This document shows, piece by piece, positions 38,814-48,745 of a stretch of 64,000 bases of DNA. The DNA is from Candidatus Velthaea sp. (GTDB lineage: Bacteria > Vulcanimicrobiota > Vulcanimicrobiia > Vulcanimicrobiales > Vulcanimicrobiaceae). Below the pieces are notes generated by a model. It ran no database searches. It was not told the origin of the DNA and was given only the letters and a program-made list of their open reading frames with translations. Each line of letters starts with the position of its first letter. The first letter of the stretch is position 1. The stretch lies in contig CBDCCS010000003.1 of assembly GCA_965214935.1 (NCBI GenBank), forward strand, positions 64,001 to 128,000. The letters are read 5' to 3'. Both the position numbers and the translations under genes were made by a program.

Positions 38814-39326
38814 TTACGAGTGCGCGTAGTCTTGGGCCCGAACCGTAATCCGGAAAGCTTGATGCTTTCGATCGTTTGGTAGAAGAACGATCTTCACCGG
38901 GACAACATCCGACGGAACATTGAACAGTATCTGTTCTTTCCACTGACCGCCTGGTGGAACCCCAAACACACCGCCCATTGGCTTGACTTTGTCGGGTTGC
39001 GCCTGAAACGTATCGCCATCCGAATCGGCGATCGATGCTACAAATTGCTGCATATCTAATGCGTGAGCCGTGCCGTTACTTGCAGATGCGTTGAAAACGA
39101 GCCATTTCTGCCCGGACGCCGCGGTCAACCCGTCAGCATCATTCGCGTTGCGGATTTCTTTTGCAACAAGGCGTATTTCGCCGTTGAACAGCTTGTCACC
39201 GAACGTTCCCGCGACGCCGGATGCTTGATTTGCGCCGCCCGGCACGGGCGTGGCGGTTGACGACAACGCGGCAGCGCCGGCGCTCAGCGCAAAGACCATA
39301 GCGCAGAGCGCAGTCACTCGTGTCAT
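38814..39326 (-). CDS. Secreted DUF4352-like protein
   Basis: GGAGG RBS, signal peptide; GQKWLVF...N...F...DSDG..F...VPPGG.....LFNVP. Confidence 0.6.
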   Translation of the reverse strand: MTRVTALCAMVFALSAGAAALSSTATPVPGGANQASGVAGTFGDKLFNGEIRLVAKEIRNANDADGLTAASGQKWLVFNASASNGTAHALDMQQFVASIADSDGDTFQAQPDKVKPMGGVFGVPPGGQWKEQILFNVPSDVVPVKIVLLPNDRKHQAFRITVRAQDYAHS

Positions 39327-39518
39327 GGGGCCTCCAAAGCGGCGTGTGCGGACGGGGGCGGCAGAGCTTTACGAGCAGGCGTCCATTGTCCCGCAGAGCA
39401 ACTCGGCTTTCCCTGATTTACGCGCGTTCATCCTTGTTCCGCCGGCAAATGTCGGACCCAACGTGATGCACAAACGTTCGCGCTGCGTAGACAAGCTTGA
39501 TAAAGCCGCTTAGCAAGC

Positions 39519-39545
39519 AAAAAACCCTCACAAAGTAAGGGTTTT
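39519..39545 (-). terminator. Intrinsic terminator of the tRNA operon
   Basis: Minus strand AAAACCCTTAC-TTT-GTGAGGGTTTT-TT directly after tRNA-Glu CCA. Confidence 0.7.
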
Positions 39546-39547
39546 CT

Positions 39548-39623
39548 TGGTAGCCCCAACGGGATTCGAACCCGTGTTACCGCCGTGAGAGGGCAGCGTC
39601 CTAGGCCTCTAGACGATAGGGCC
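39548..39623 (-). tRNA. tRNA-Glu (CTC)
   Basis: GGCCCTATCGTCTAGAGGCCTAGGACGCTGCCCT-CTC-ACGGCGGTAACACGGGTTCGAATCCCGTTGGGGCTA-CCA; cloverleaf with TTCGAA T-loop. Confidence 0.96.
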
Positions 39624-39624
39624 G

Positions 39625-39698
39625 TGGCTCCCGGACAGAGATTCGAACTCCAATAAACGGCTTCAGAGGCCGCTGTCTTACCGTTAGACGATCCGGGA
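39625..39698 (-). tRNA. tRNA-Gln (CTG)
   Basis: TCCCGGA/TCCGGGA acceptor stem, GCGGC-CT-CTG-AA-GCCGT anticodon arm, GTTCGAATC, encoded CCA. Confidence 0.95.
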
Positions 39699-39927
39699 AA
39701 AAGTGGCTCCGGCTGCGTGGACCTTTATTAACGTTTACGGATCCCAAGGCATGTGCCCCTCCATTCATCAAGCATCGGTGCTCCCGGCAACGTCGCTAAG
39801 CCAAGCGACTCTGCGGATCCGACAGAGCGCGGCGCCAAACAATGAACACATGCTGGCTCAACGGAAGCTTACCCGCGGCGGCGTACGGCAGCGCCGCAAA
39901 TAACGCCGATCGGTCGGGAGGGTTCGT

Positions 39928-40995
39928 TTGCAGGCAGTCGTTTTAGTCGGTGGTGAGGGCACGCGTTTACGTCCGTTGACGCTCGAGACGCCCAAACCGA
40001 TGGTGCCGATCATGAACGTACCGTTTCTCGAACGCACCTTGATCCGGCTCAGAGATGCGGGCATCACCGATGTGATTTTGCCGGCCGGATATCTGCCCGA
40101 GGCAATCACCGCGCACTTCGGCGACGGCGGGCGACTTGGAATGTCGGTCCGCTACGTGATCGAGCGCTCTCCGCTCGGTACTGCCGGTGCGCTCAAGAAT
40201 GTTGCAGAGTATATCAACGGCCCATTCTTCGTCCTCAACGGCGACGTGCTTACCAGCCTCGATCTACGCGCAATGATGCAAGTGCACGAGCGGAAGCGCG
40301 GCATGGGCGTCTTGCATCTCATCCGCGTCGCCGATCCGTCGGCCTTCGGCTGTGTCGTGCACGATAGCGACGGTCGGGTGACGGCCTTTGTCGAAAAGCC
40401 CAAGCGCGAAGACGCACCTACGAACGAGATCAACGCCGGGACGTATTTGCTCGATCCGGCGGTCCTCGATCTGATTCCGGCCGGCCGCATGGTCTCGATC
40501 GAGCGCGAAACGTTTCCGCTCATCGTGGCCGGTCCGCGGCCGCTCTACGCCTTCACGACCTCCGACTACTGGGTTGATATCGGCAACCCTGACGCGTACT
40601 TGCGCGCGCACCGGCACATCTTCGACGGTTCGATGCCGCTGGGGATCGGCGCCGGTGTCGAGGGCCCGGGCGCCGGCAGCGTGAGCGCCGGCTCGTGCGT
40701 AGCTCCGGTCTTCATTGGTTCGGGCGTCTCGATCGCGTCTTCGGCCAAAGTCGGGCCGTACGCGGTTCTCGGCGACGGCTGTTCGATCGGAGCGGACGCA
40801 ACGGTTAGTGATTCGTTGCTTTGGGAGGATGTCACCGTCGGCGCAGGTGCGAGTATCGAGGGTGCGATTGTTGCAAGCGGGGCGCACATCGGAGCCGCTG
40901 CCATTGTCCGAACCGGCTCGGTTATCGGGCATCGTACCGAGATTGAGGCCGAAGAAATCGTGGGTGAGAACGCGCGTATAGCAAGCGTGCGCTAA
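39928..40995 (+). CDS. NDP-sugar pyrophosphorylase (mannose-1-phosphate guanylyltransferase-like)
   Basis: VLVGGEGTRLRPLT..PKP, PLGTAGALK, LNGDVL, FVEKP, hexapeptide C-terminus. Confidence 0.9.
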   Translation: MQAVVLVGGEGTRLRPLTLETPKPMVPIMNVPFLERTLIRLRDAGITDVILPAGYLPEAITAHFGDGGRLGMSVRYVIERSPLGTAGALKNVAEYINGPFFVLNGDVLTSLDLRAMMQVHERKRGMGVLHLIRVADPSAFGCVVHDSDGRVTAFVEKPKREDAPTNEINAGTYLLDPAVLDLIPAGRMVSIERETFPLIVAGPRPLYAFTTSDYWVDIGNPDAYLRAHRHIFDGSMPLGIGAGVEGPGAGSVSAGSCVAPVFIGSGVSIASSAKVGPYAVLGDGCSIGADATVSDSLLWEDVTVGAGASIEGAIVASGAHIGAAAIVRTGSVIGHRTEIEAEEIVGENARIASVR

Positions 40996-41114
40996 TACCT
41001 TCGTTTGTCCGCTAGCTTTCTCGGGTACTACCCAAAAACGATAGGTGCTAGCACGGTAAAGAGGGTCTTACAGGCCAGCTGTGCTTCGTCGACCATCGGC
41101 AAGGGGTTTTTAGG

Positions 41115-42317
41115 TTGGACGCAGCGGATCGCATGCTTTTTCTGGGATCGTTCCCGCCTCGGGAATGCGGCATTGCGACATTTATGAATGACGTAGTCGA
41201 AAGTTACGATACGCACTTTCGTACCGATAGCGCGATCATCGCGATCGACGAACCGGGCGGCGAAGGGCGCGACTATCCTGCGAAAGTCGTGGCGCGGCTC
41301 GTCCAAAACGACCGGAGTTCGTATGCGGCAATAGCCGGATTCGTCAATCGCAATCCGTGCGACGCGCTGAACATTCAACACGAGTACGGACTCTTCGGCG
41401 GTGAAGACGGCGAATGGATCGTCGACCTCATTACGGCAGTTACGAAGCCCGTCATCGTCTCGCTGCACACCGTGCTGCCGGAACCGTCGTTCAATCATCT
41501 GCGTGTCGCCCGACGCCTTTGCGCGGCGGCAAGCGCCGTCGTCGTCCTTTCGCAGACCGGGCGCGATATTCTCATCCGGCGTTACGGCGTCGATGAAGCC
41601 AAGGTGCGGGTCGTTCCGCACGGCGTTCCGGACGTTCCCTTTTGCCTTACGGACGCACCCAAAGCGGCATTTGGTTTTGCCGATCGTATGGTGATTTCAA
41701 CCTTCGGTCTCATCAATCGCGGCAAGGGTCTCGAATACGCGATCGATGCCATGCGCTCGATCGTCGCGAAGCACCCGCAGGCGTTGTACCTGATTCTCGG
41801 CCAAACGCATCCGGTCATCCGGCGCAACGAAGGTGAGACTTACCGCGAATCGTTGCAAGCGTCGATCGCGCAGTTCGGTTTGCAAGACAATGTCAAACTC
41901 GTCGATCGCTTTCTCGATTTCGACGAACTCGTGCATTATTTGCAGGCGACCGATATCTATCTCACGCCGTATTTGAATCCGGTACAGATCGTCAGCGGAA
42001 CGTTAGCATACGCGATCGGCTGCGGCAAAGCGGTCGTGTCGACGCCGTATTTGTATGCCGAGGAACTGCTCGCGCACGGACGCGGCTTCTTGGTCGATTT
42101 TCGCGATGCCGCATCGATTGCGTCGACGATCACGTCCTTGCTTGATGACCCGGATCTGCGCCGTTCGACCGAACGCCGTGCCTACCGATTCGGTCGCCGT
42201 ATGACGTGGCCGCACGTTGCCGCCGAGTATGGCCGGTTGTTCGACGAACTTGTGCCGCGGCGCGAACGTCCGGCGTCGGTTCGTTCACACGCCGCCGAGT
42301 TTGCGCTTCCGGCCTAA
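41115..42317 (+). CDS. Glycosyltransferase family 4 protein
   Basis: PPRECGIATF, IQHEYGLFGG, TFGLI..GKGLE, Q.VSGTLAYA.GCGKAVVSTPY. Confidence 0.92.
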   Translation: MDAADRMLFLGSFPPRECGIATFMNDVVESYDTHFRTDSAIIAIDEPGGEGRDYPAKVVARLVQNDRSSYAAIAGFVNRNPCDALNIQHEYGLFGGEDGEWIVDLITAVTKPVIVSLHTVLPEPSFNHLRVARRLCAAASAVVVLSQTGRDILIRRYGVDEAKVRVVPHGVPDVPFCLTDAPKAAFGFADRMVISTFGLINRGKGLEYAIDAMRSIVAKHPQALYLILGQTHPVIRRNEGETYRESLQASIAQFGLQDNVKLVDRFLDFDELVHYLQATDIYLTPYLNPVQIVSGTLAYAIGCGKAVVSTPYLYAEELLAHGRGFLVDFRDAASIASTITSLLDDPDLRRSTERRAYRFGRRMTWPHVAAEYGRLFDELVPRRERPASVRSHAAEFALPA

Positions 42318-42323
42318 CCGCGC

Positions 42324-43376
42324 GTGAACCTACGCTTCCCGGTGCTCGATCATCTTGTCGCTTTGACGGATGACACCGGCGTCATCCAGCATGCGACGCA
42401 TGACGTGCCGAACCGGGCGACGGGTTACTGCACCGACGATGTCGCCCGTGCGCTCATCGTTGCAGTCGACGCCGCGCGCAATCGGCCGACCACCGCGCTC
42501 GGAACCCGGCTTGTGACCACCTATTTAGCCTATTTGCACGATGCGCAGACCGACGACGGCTGGTTTCATAATTTCATGGGTTTCGATCGGACGTGGCAAG
42601 ATCGGCGTGGTTCGCCGGATTCGTTCGGCCGAGCGATGTGGGGACTCGGTTACTGCCTACGATTTGCACCGCGTGATTCGTGGCGGGCGCTCGCCGAACG
42701 ATTGCTGCGTGCCGGGATGCCGCACGTCGCAGACCTCGTTGACTTGCGTGCGAACGCGTACGTCGTTCTTGGTTCGGCGCACGCAATCGATGCCGCTCCG
42801 GCGCAAGCCGGCGATTATACCGACCTTCTTTCTACGGCCGCTGCGAAGATTGCGGCCGGCTTCGCGACGCATTCACGTGCGGAGTGGCAATGGTGCGAGC
42901 CGGTGCTCACCTACGACAATGCCCGACTTAGCGAAGCGCTCATTCGCGCCGGGACGACGCTCGACGAGCCGCGGCTTGTCGAAATCGGCCTGCAAATGCT
43001 CGATTTCCTGACCAGGGTGACGATCGAAGACGGCCGCTTCATGCCGGTCGGAAATAACGGGTGGTATCCGCGCGGCGGCGTCAAAGCGCGTTTCGGTCAG
43101 CAGCCGATCGAAGCCGCGGCGACGATCGACGCGATGCTGGCGGCGCGCGTGGTCAGCGGCGATGTCCGGTACTCGCGTAACGCTCAAATCGTTTTTGATT
43201 GGTTCGGCGGCGCGAATCCGGCTGGTTCGTCGCTCGTCGTCAACGGTGGCTGCTGCGACGGCATCGATCCAACCGGCATCAATGTCAATATGGGTGCAGA
43301 ATCGACCCTGGCCTATCTGCAAGCCTCGATTGCAATCGGCACGTCGACAAGCGCCAGGCTGCAAATAGCTCGCTAG
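42324..43376 (+). CDS. (alpha/alpha)6 glycosidase-like protein associated with GT4
   Basis: HL..LTDDTGVIQHA...P....GYCTDDVARAL, FHNFM, LTYDNARL, QQPIEA, N.NMGAESTLAY. Confidence 0.75.
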   Translation: MNLRFPVLDHLVALTDDTGVIQHATHDVPNRATGYCTDDVARALIVAVDAARNRPTTALGTRLVTTYLAYLHDAQTDDGWFHNFMGFDRTWQDRRGSPDSFGRAMWGLGYCLRFAPRDSWRALAERLLRAGMPHVADLVDLRANAYVVLGSAHAIDAAPAQAGDYTDLLSTAAAKIAAGFATHSRAEWQWCEPVLTYDNARLSEALIRAGTTLDEPRLVEIGLQMLDFLTRVTIEDGRFMPVGNNGWYPRGGVKARFGQQPIEAAATIDAMLAARVVSGDVRYSRNAQIVFDWFGGANPAGSSLVVNGGCCDGIDPTGINVNMGAESTLAYLQASIAIGTSTSARLQIAR

Positions 43377-43525
43377 CGGCGGCGCCATTTGTGAATGTGC
43401 GTCCTGTTTACTTTTGGTTTCCGTTCAAGGTCGTTTTGGCGCGTATTCGGAAGATCCTAGATCGGTCTTGACGTCGTAAGCTGCATTCATAGGCGAAAAT
43501 CGCCTATTTGGCGAACGTTGCTGCG

Positions 43526-45688
43526 ATGATTGTCGAGAGCGAACTTCTTAACGACGTTCAGCGGGCTGCTGTCGAGTGTACTGATGGTCCGGTTCTAATT
43601 TTTGCCGGAGCCGGTTCGGGCAAGACGCGAGTGCTTACGCACCGCATCGCATATCTCCTCAACACGAAAAATGTCTTCCCCGATCGCATCCTTGCGGTTA
43701 CGTTCACCAATAAAGCCGCAGGCGAGATGAAAGCCCGGCTCGAGCGCATGGTCGGTAACGTCGCTCGCGATCTGTGGGTCGGCACGTTCCACTCGATGTG
43801 CGTGCGGATCTTGCGGCGCGACGGCCGCAAAATCGGGATCGCATCGAATTTTGCAATCATGGACGACACCGATCAGCGTGCTATCGTCCGCGACATTCTC
43901 CACGATCTCGATTATGACGAACGGCAAATCGCACCCGGAGCAGCGCTTGCCGAAATCTCAAAAGCCAAAAATAATCTGTGGTCGGCCGATGAATACGAAT
44001 CGAAGAACTCGTCGTTTATCGGCGAACGCTACGCGACGGTTTACCGCGAGTACGAGCGGCGACTCAAAGAGTCGAACGGGCTGGATTTCGACGATCTGAT
44101 CGGGCGCACGATCGAGTTGCTTGAAAACGACGCCGACACCCGCGTCCGCTACCAGTCGAAGTTTCGCTACGTGCTCGTCGACGAATATCAAGACGTCAAC
44201 TTTGCGCAGTATAAGCTCGTTTCGATGCTGGCCGGCGAGCATAAAAATTTGACGGTCGTCGGTGACGACGACCAGTCGATCTATTCGTGGCGCGGCTCCG
44301 ATTACAAGATGATTCTGCGCTTTGAGGAAGATTTTCCGGGCGCAACCGTGTTTAAGCTTGAGGAAAATTACCGCTCGACGCAGTCGATTCTGTCGGCAGC
44401 GAACGAACTGGTTCAAAATAACGCGTCGCGACATCCGAAAACGCTTTTTACCAGCCGCGCTGCGGGCGAGCCGCTCACCGCGTACCAAGCGGAGTCCGAA
44501 CGCGCCGAGGTGCGTTACGTTCTCGAAAAAGTCAAGGAACTCGTTCGCGAGGGCGGAGCGTATCGCGACTTCCTCGTGCTGTATCGCACGAACGCCCAGT
44601 CGCGCGTATTCGAGGAAGGCTTCTTAGCCGAGGGCATTCCTTATCGCGTCGTCGGCGGCGTCGGTTTCTATGCGCGGACCGAGATCAAAGACATGCTCTC
44701 GTATCTGCGCTACATCACCAATCCGTCCGATGCCGTCGCGTTTCGCCGTATCGTGAACGTACCGCGCCGCTCGATCGGTCAACAGACGCTAGCGTCGCTG
44801 CTTGAAGCGGCAAACGCAGCGAACATGTCGGTCGGCCAAGCGGTGTTCGACAGCAACTTGCTCAAGCGCGCGGTGCCCAAAAAGCAACGTGAACTCGAAC
44901 GCTTCGCCGAACTTATCAGCGACCTCAAGACCAAAGTCGAGTCGTTTTCGATTTCCGATCTGCTTGTCGCCGTAATGGAAGAGTCGGGCTACCTACGCGA
45001 ATTGCAAGCCGACGAATCGAACGACGGCAAAGCACGAATCGAAAATTTGCAGGAGCTCATCGGCGTTGCGCGCGAGTTCGAGGCGCATCCGGACAACGGC
45101 AATTCGCTCGAAGATTTTCTGGCGAACATCGCGCTGGTCAGCGATCTCGATGCGCTCGACCCGGAAGCGTCGTTCGTCACTTTGATGACGATGCACGCCG
45201 CCAAGGGATTGGAATTCGCGAACGTCTTCTTGACCGGGCTTGAAGAAGGCGTCTTTCCGCACACACGGGCGTTGACCGATATGACCGAACTCGAGGAAGA
45301 GCGCCGCTTGGCGTACGTCGGCGTGACCCGTGCGATGGACCGCTTATATCTGTCATTTGCCGGCCGGCGTACGTTGTACGGCAACACGTTTAGCCATCCG
45401 AAATCGCGCTTTATCGACGAGATGCCGTCGGTCGAAGTCATCGGTGGAATCGGGATGGGACAGCGTCCGACCGGGGGCCGCTGGCGCGAAGTTGCCATAC
45501 ATGAAAACGCCGGCGCGGGCATCGGTCTCGACCTGCAGGAAGGCGATCGCGTTCGGCATCCCAAGTGGGGTGAAGGCACGGTCGTTACGGCAGCGGGCGC
45601 GGGCGGTGACGGGTTGCTCACGATCAACTTTCCCAACGTCGGGCAGAAGATGGTCATGCTTAAATACGCCCCACTCGAACGCGTGTAG
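43526..45688 (+). CDS. pcrA: ATP-dependent DNA helicase PcrA/UvrD
   Basis: AGAGSGKTRVL, VDEYQD, VGDDDQSIY, LEENYRS, HAAKGLEF, EEERRLAYV, C-terminal GDRVRHPKWGEG Tudor domain. Confidence 0.95.
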   Translation: MIVESELLNDVQRAAVECTDGPVLIFAGAGSGKTRVLTHRIAYLLNTKNVFPDRILAVTFTNKAAGEMKARLERMVGNVARDLWVGTFHSMCVRILRRDGRKIGIASNFAIMDDTDQRAIVRDILHDLDYDERQIAPGAALAEISKAKNNLWSADEYESKNSSFIGERYATVYREYERRLKESNGLDFDDLIGRTIELLENDADTRVRYQSKFRYVLVDEYQDVNFAQYKLVSMLAGEHKNLTVVGDDDQSIYSWRGSDYKMILRFEEDFPGATVFKLEENYRSTQSILSAANELVQNNASRHPKTLFTSRAAGEPLTAYQAESERAEVRYVLEKVKELVREGGAYRDFLVLYRTNAQSRVFEEGFLAEGIPYRVVGGVGFYARTEIKDMLSYLRYITNPSDAVAFRRIVNVPRRSIGQQTLASLLEAANAANMSVGQAVFDSNLLKRAVPKKQRELERFAELISDLKTKVESFSISDLLVAVMEESGYLRELQADESNDGKARIENLQELIGVAREFEAHPDNGNSLEDFLANIALVSDLDALDPEASFVTLMTMHAAKGLEFANVFLTGLEEGVFPHTRALTDMTELEEERRLAYVGVTRAMDRLYLSFAGRRTLYGNTFSHPKSRFIDEMPSVEVIGGIGMGQRPTGGRWREVAIHENAGAGIGLDLQEGDRVRHPKWGEGTVVTAAGAGGDGLLTINFPNVGQKMVMLKYAPLERV

Positions 45689-45771
45689 CTGCGTTCAATC
45701 AGGCGCGAAGCGGACGTCATGGCGCCCGCTTCGCGGCCGCGCCGATCATAGAGCGGGAACATTCTTGAGTC

Positions 45772-46500
45772 ATGAGTGAGACGATCCGAGTCGGCGTGGC
45801 GGGGGCCTACGGCAGACTTGGCCGCGCGGCTTGCGCTGCAATAGCATCGGCGGCCGATCTAAAGTTGGCGGCGATCTTCGTACGCGATGCAGCGTCGCGC
45901 AGCGACGCCGGCGTCCCGTGCTTCGACGATTTCGAGGCGTTCTACGCCGCCGGGATGGACGTTGTCGTTGATTGCACCGTCTATCCCGTTAGTCTCGACG
46001 TCGCGCGCGAAGCCGTCGATGCCGGGGTCTCGCCGGTCATCGGTGCGACCGGCTGGACCGACGAAGATCTCGTCAGCTTTGCCGACCGCTGCGATGAAGC
46101 TGCGATCGGCGCGATGCTCGTGCCGAACTTTTCGGTCGGCGCGGCGCTGATGATGCGTTTCGCGGCGCAAGCGGTAAGCTTCATGCCCAGCGTGGAGATT
46201 ATCGAGATGCACCATGATGCGAAACGTGACATGCCCAGCGGCACGGCTCTCCTGACGGCGCAGCGCATCGCGGCTGCCGGCGGTCCGGCCGACGTGCCGA
46301 TCCATAGCGTGCGGCTTCCGGGACTGATCGCACATCAAGCGACGATCTTCGGCGCAACCGGCGAGACGCTGACGATCCGTCACGATTCGCTCGGTCGCGA
46401 TTCGTTCGCAGCCGGGATCGCGTTGGCCGCGCGCAACGTGCGGCTGCAGTCCGGTTTAGTCACCGGGTTGGACGATCTGTTGTTCGACAAACGTCCGTGA
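45772..46500 (+). CDS. dapB: 4-hydroxy-tetrahydrodipicolinate reductase
   Basis: GA.GRLG, VIGATGW, PNFSVG, EIIEMHHDAKRDMPSGTA. Confidence 0.93.
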   Translation: MSETIRVGVAGAYGRLGRAACAAIASAADLKLAAIFVRDAASRSDAGVPCFDDFEAFYAAGMDVVVDCTVYPVSLDVAREAVDAGVSPVIGATGWTDEDLVSFADRCDEAAIGAMLVPNFSVGAALMMRFAAQAVSFMPSVEIIEMHHDAKRDMPSGTALLTAQRIAAAGGPADVPIHSVRLPGLIAHQATIFGATGETLTIRHDSLGRDSFAAGIALAARNVRLQSGLVTGLDDLLFDKRP

Positions 46501-47534
46501 AGGTCGGCCTTGTCGGCGCGACCGGGGTGGTCGGCCAGACGATTCTGCGCATTCTCGACGAACGGCACATCGCCGTCGATCGGCTCTTTGCATACGCGTC
46601 GCGCGATCGCGCCGAAGGCATCATTTTCCGCGAGGCGCAGGTAACGGTGTTTGCCGCTTCGATCCAGCGAATCGTCGCCGACGCGCCCGATGTCGTCTTC
46701 TTTGCATCGAGCGACGATGCATCGCGCGAGATGGCCGAGGCGCTGGCAACGAGCGGCGCGATCGTCATCGATAACAGCGCGACGTTTCGGCTCGACCCGC
46801 GCGTCCCGCTCATCGTTCCGGAAGTGAATGTCGAGGCGATCGGGCCCGACGACCGCATTTTCCCAGTCGCTAATTGCACGGCGATCGTGTTATCGGTTGC
46901 GCTGGCTCCGATCGAACGCAGCATCGGTTTGCGCAGCGTTCGCGTCGCGACTTACCAAGCCGTGAGCGGCGCCGGCCGCGCCGGCCTCGAGACGCTGGAA
47001 AACGAAGAAACCGCAGTCATCGCCGGCCGGCCGGTCGCGCATCCTGCCACGTTCGCGGCGCCGATTTTTCGTAACGTCGTGCCGCAGATCGGTTCGTACG
47101 ATGGTGACGGCGACACCGGAGAAGAAGTTAAAGTCGCGGCGGAAACATGTAAGATGCTCGGCCGTAGCGATCTGCACGTTGCCGCGACAACGGTCCGCGT
47201 GCCGGTTCGCCAAGCGCATAGCGAAGCGGTATTTTTCGAGACCGCGCGCGCAACAACGACGGCGGAATTACATGCGGCGTTTGCATCTGCACCCGGCGTC
47301 GTCTTTCATCCGCGCGGGATCGTGACGCCGCTCGACGTCGAGGGAACCGATCTGGTGCATGTCTCGCGGGTGCGGCCCGAAGCCGGCTCGGCGGTACATT
47401 GGCAAATGTGGATCGTCGGCGATCAGTTGCGGAAAGGTGCCGCCACCAATGCCGTACAGATCTTAGAAGCGCTCATCGCGCGCGGCCGCGTAGCGGGTGC
47501 GCGGACGCCGCACGGTGCCGCAGTCGCTTCATGA
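46497..47534 (+). CDS. asd: Aspartate-semialdehyde dehydrogenase
   Basis: VGATGVVG, IDNSATFR, ANCT, TYQAVSGAG, DQLRKGAATNAVQI. Confidence 0.95.
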   Translation: MKVGLVGATGVVGQTILRILDERHIAVDRLFAYASRDRAEGIIFREAQVTVFAASIQRIVADAPDVVFFASSDDASREMAEALATSGAIVIDNSATFRLDPRVPLIVPEVNVEAIGPDDRIFPVANCTAIVLSVALAPIERSIGLRSVRVATYQAVSGAGRAGLETLENEETAVIAGRPVAHPATFAAPIFRNVVPQIGSYDGDGDTGEEVKVAAETCKMLGRSDLHVAATTVRVPVRQAHSEAVFFETARATTTAELHAAFASAPGVVFHPRGIVTPLDVEGTDLVHVSRVRPEAGSAVHWQMWIVGDQLRKGAATNAVQILEALIARGRVAGARTPHGAAVAS

Positions 47535-48745
47535 CCGCGATCGTCGTGCAAAAGTTCGGCGGCTCGTCGCTCGCGACGCGCGAATTGCGCGAGATCGCCG
47601 CGTCTCGCGTGCTTGCCGTTCGTGCAGCGGGTAAATTTCCCGTCGTCGTCTGCTCGGCAATCGGCCGCGCCCCGGATCCGTATGCGACCGACACGTTGGC
47701 AAAACTTGTCGAGCCGGCGCGCGGCGGGCCGAACCGCGATCTGCTCATTGCGTGCGGTGAAACGATCGCCTGTGCGATGTTCGCCGAACTCCTCGTTACG
47801 CTTGGTGCGCCGGCGCAAGCGATGACCGGCGGTAGTGCCGGCTTCGTTACCGACGAACGCTGGGGCGATGCAAAAATATTGCACGTTGACCCGGCGCGTG
47901 TCCGGCAGCTCATCGACGCCGCAATCGTGCCGGTTATTACCGGTTTCCAAGGCATGTCGGCGTCGGGCGCAACCACGACGCTAGGACGGGGCGGCAGCGA
48001 TTTGAGCGCAATCGCCATCGGCGACGCGCTCGACGCCGAGGCCGTCGAAATCTACACCGATGTCAGCGGTGTAATGACTGCCGATCCCAAGCGCATCGAG
48101 GGCGCACATACTGTCGAGCGGGTGAACTACGGCGAGATGGTGGAGCTTGCCGGAAACGGCGCCAAAGTCATGCACCACAAGGCGGCGCAATACGCGCACG
48201 ACACGTCGACGCCCTATCTCGTTAAAGGGCTGCGCTCGAACGTCGGCACGACGATCGACGATGGCGCGCCGGCCGATCGCGAGCAGCCGGTAACCGGAAT
48301 CACGTCGCTGCGCGACGTGACGTTCTTTCGTATCATCCAGGGTGAAGACGTCGAACATCGCGCCGAGCTCGACCTCATCATCTTCGAGCGGCTTGCGCTG
48401 CGCGATATCTCCGTCGACATGATCAATGTAAATAGTGCCGGCGTCTTCTTCGTATGTGATACCGAGAACATCGATGCGGTCCGCGCCGAACTTGGCAATC
48501 TTAATTTGGCGTTGCGCGTGCGACCGCACTGCACGAAGCTCTCGATCGTCGGTGCGGGGATGCGCGGTACCCCCGGTGTCATGTATCGCATCGTACGCGC
48601 AATCACGCAGGCCGGTGTCGAGATCATCCACTCGACAGACTCCAATATTACCGTGTCGGTCCTCATTCCGGAAGACGAGACGAATCGCGCCGAACAAGCG
48701 CTGCATGATTTCTTCCGGCTGGGTCGCGGAGCGACGGTCGCGTGA
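47531..48745 (+). CDS. Aspartate kinase (DapG-like)
   Basis: VQKFGGSS, PYATDTL, TTLGRGGSD, YTDVSGVMTADP, ACT domains. Confidence 0.93.
   Translation: MTAIVVQKFGGSSLATRELREIAASRVLAVRAAGKFPVVVCSAIGRAPDPYATDTLAKLVEPARGGPNRDLLIACGETIACAMFAELLVTLGAPAQAMTGGSAGFVTDERWGDAKILHVDPARVRQLIDAAIVPVITGFQGMSASGATTTLGRGGSDLSAIAIGDALDAEAVEIYTDVSGVMTADPKRIEGAHTVERVNYGEMVELAGNGAKVMHHKAAQYAHDTSTPYLVKGLRSNVGTTIDDGAPADREQPVTGITSLRDVTFFRIIQGEDVEHRAELDLIIFERLALRDISVDMINVNSAGVFFVCDTENIDAVRAELGNLNLALRVRPHCTKLSIVGAGMRGTPGVMYRIVRAITQAGVEIIHSTDSNITVSVLIPEDETNRAEQALHDFFRLGRGATVA

Noticed and set aside
39704..39720. TGGCTCCGG resembling a third tRNA 3' end or att site
   Set aside because: Only ~7 nt shared with the tRNA-Gln end; no T-loop or matching 5' acceptor strand upstream
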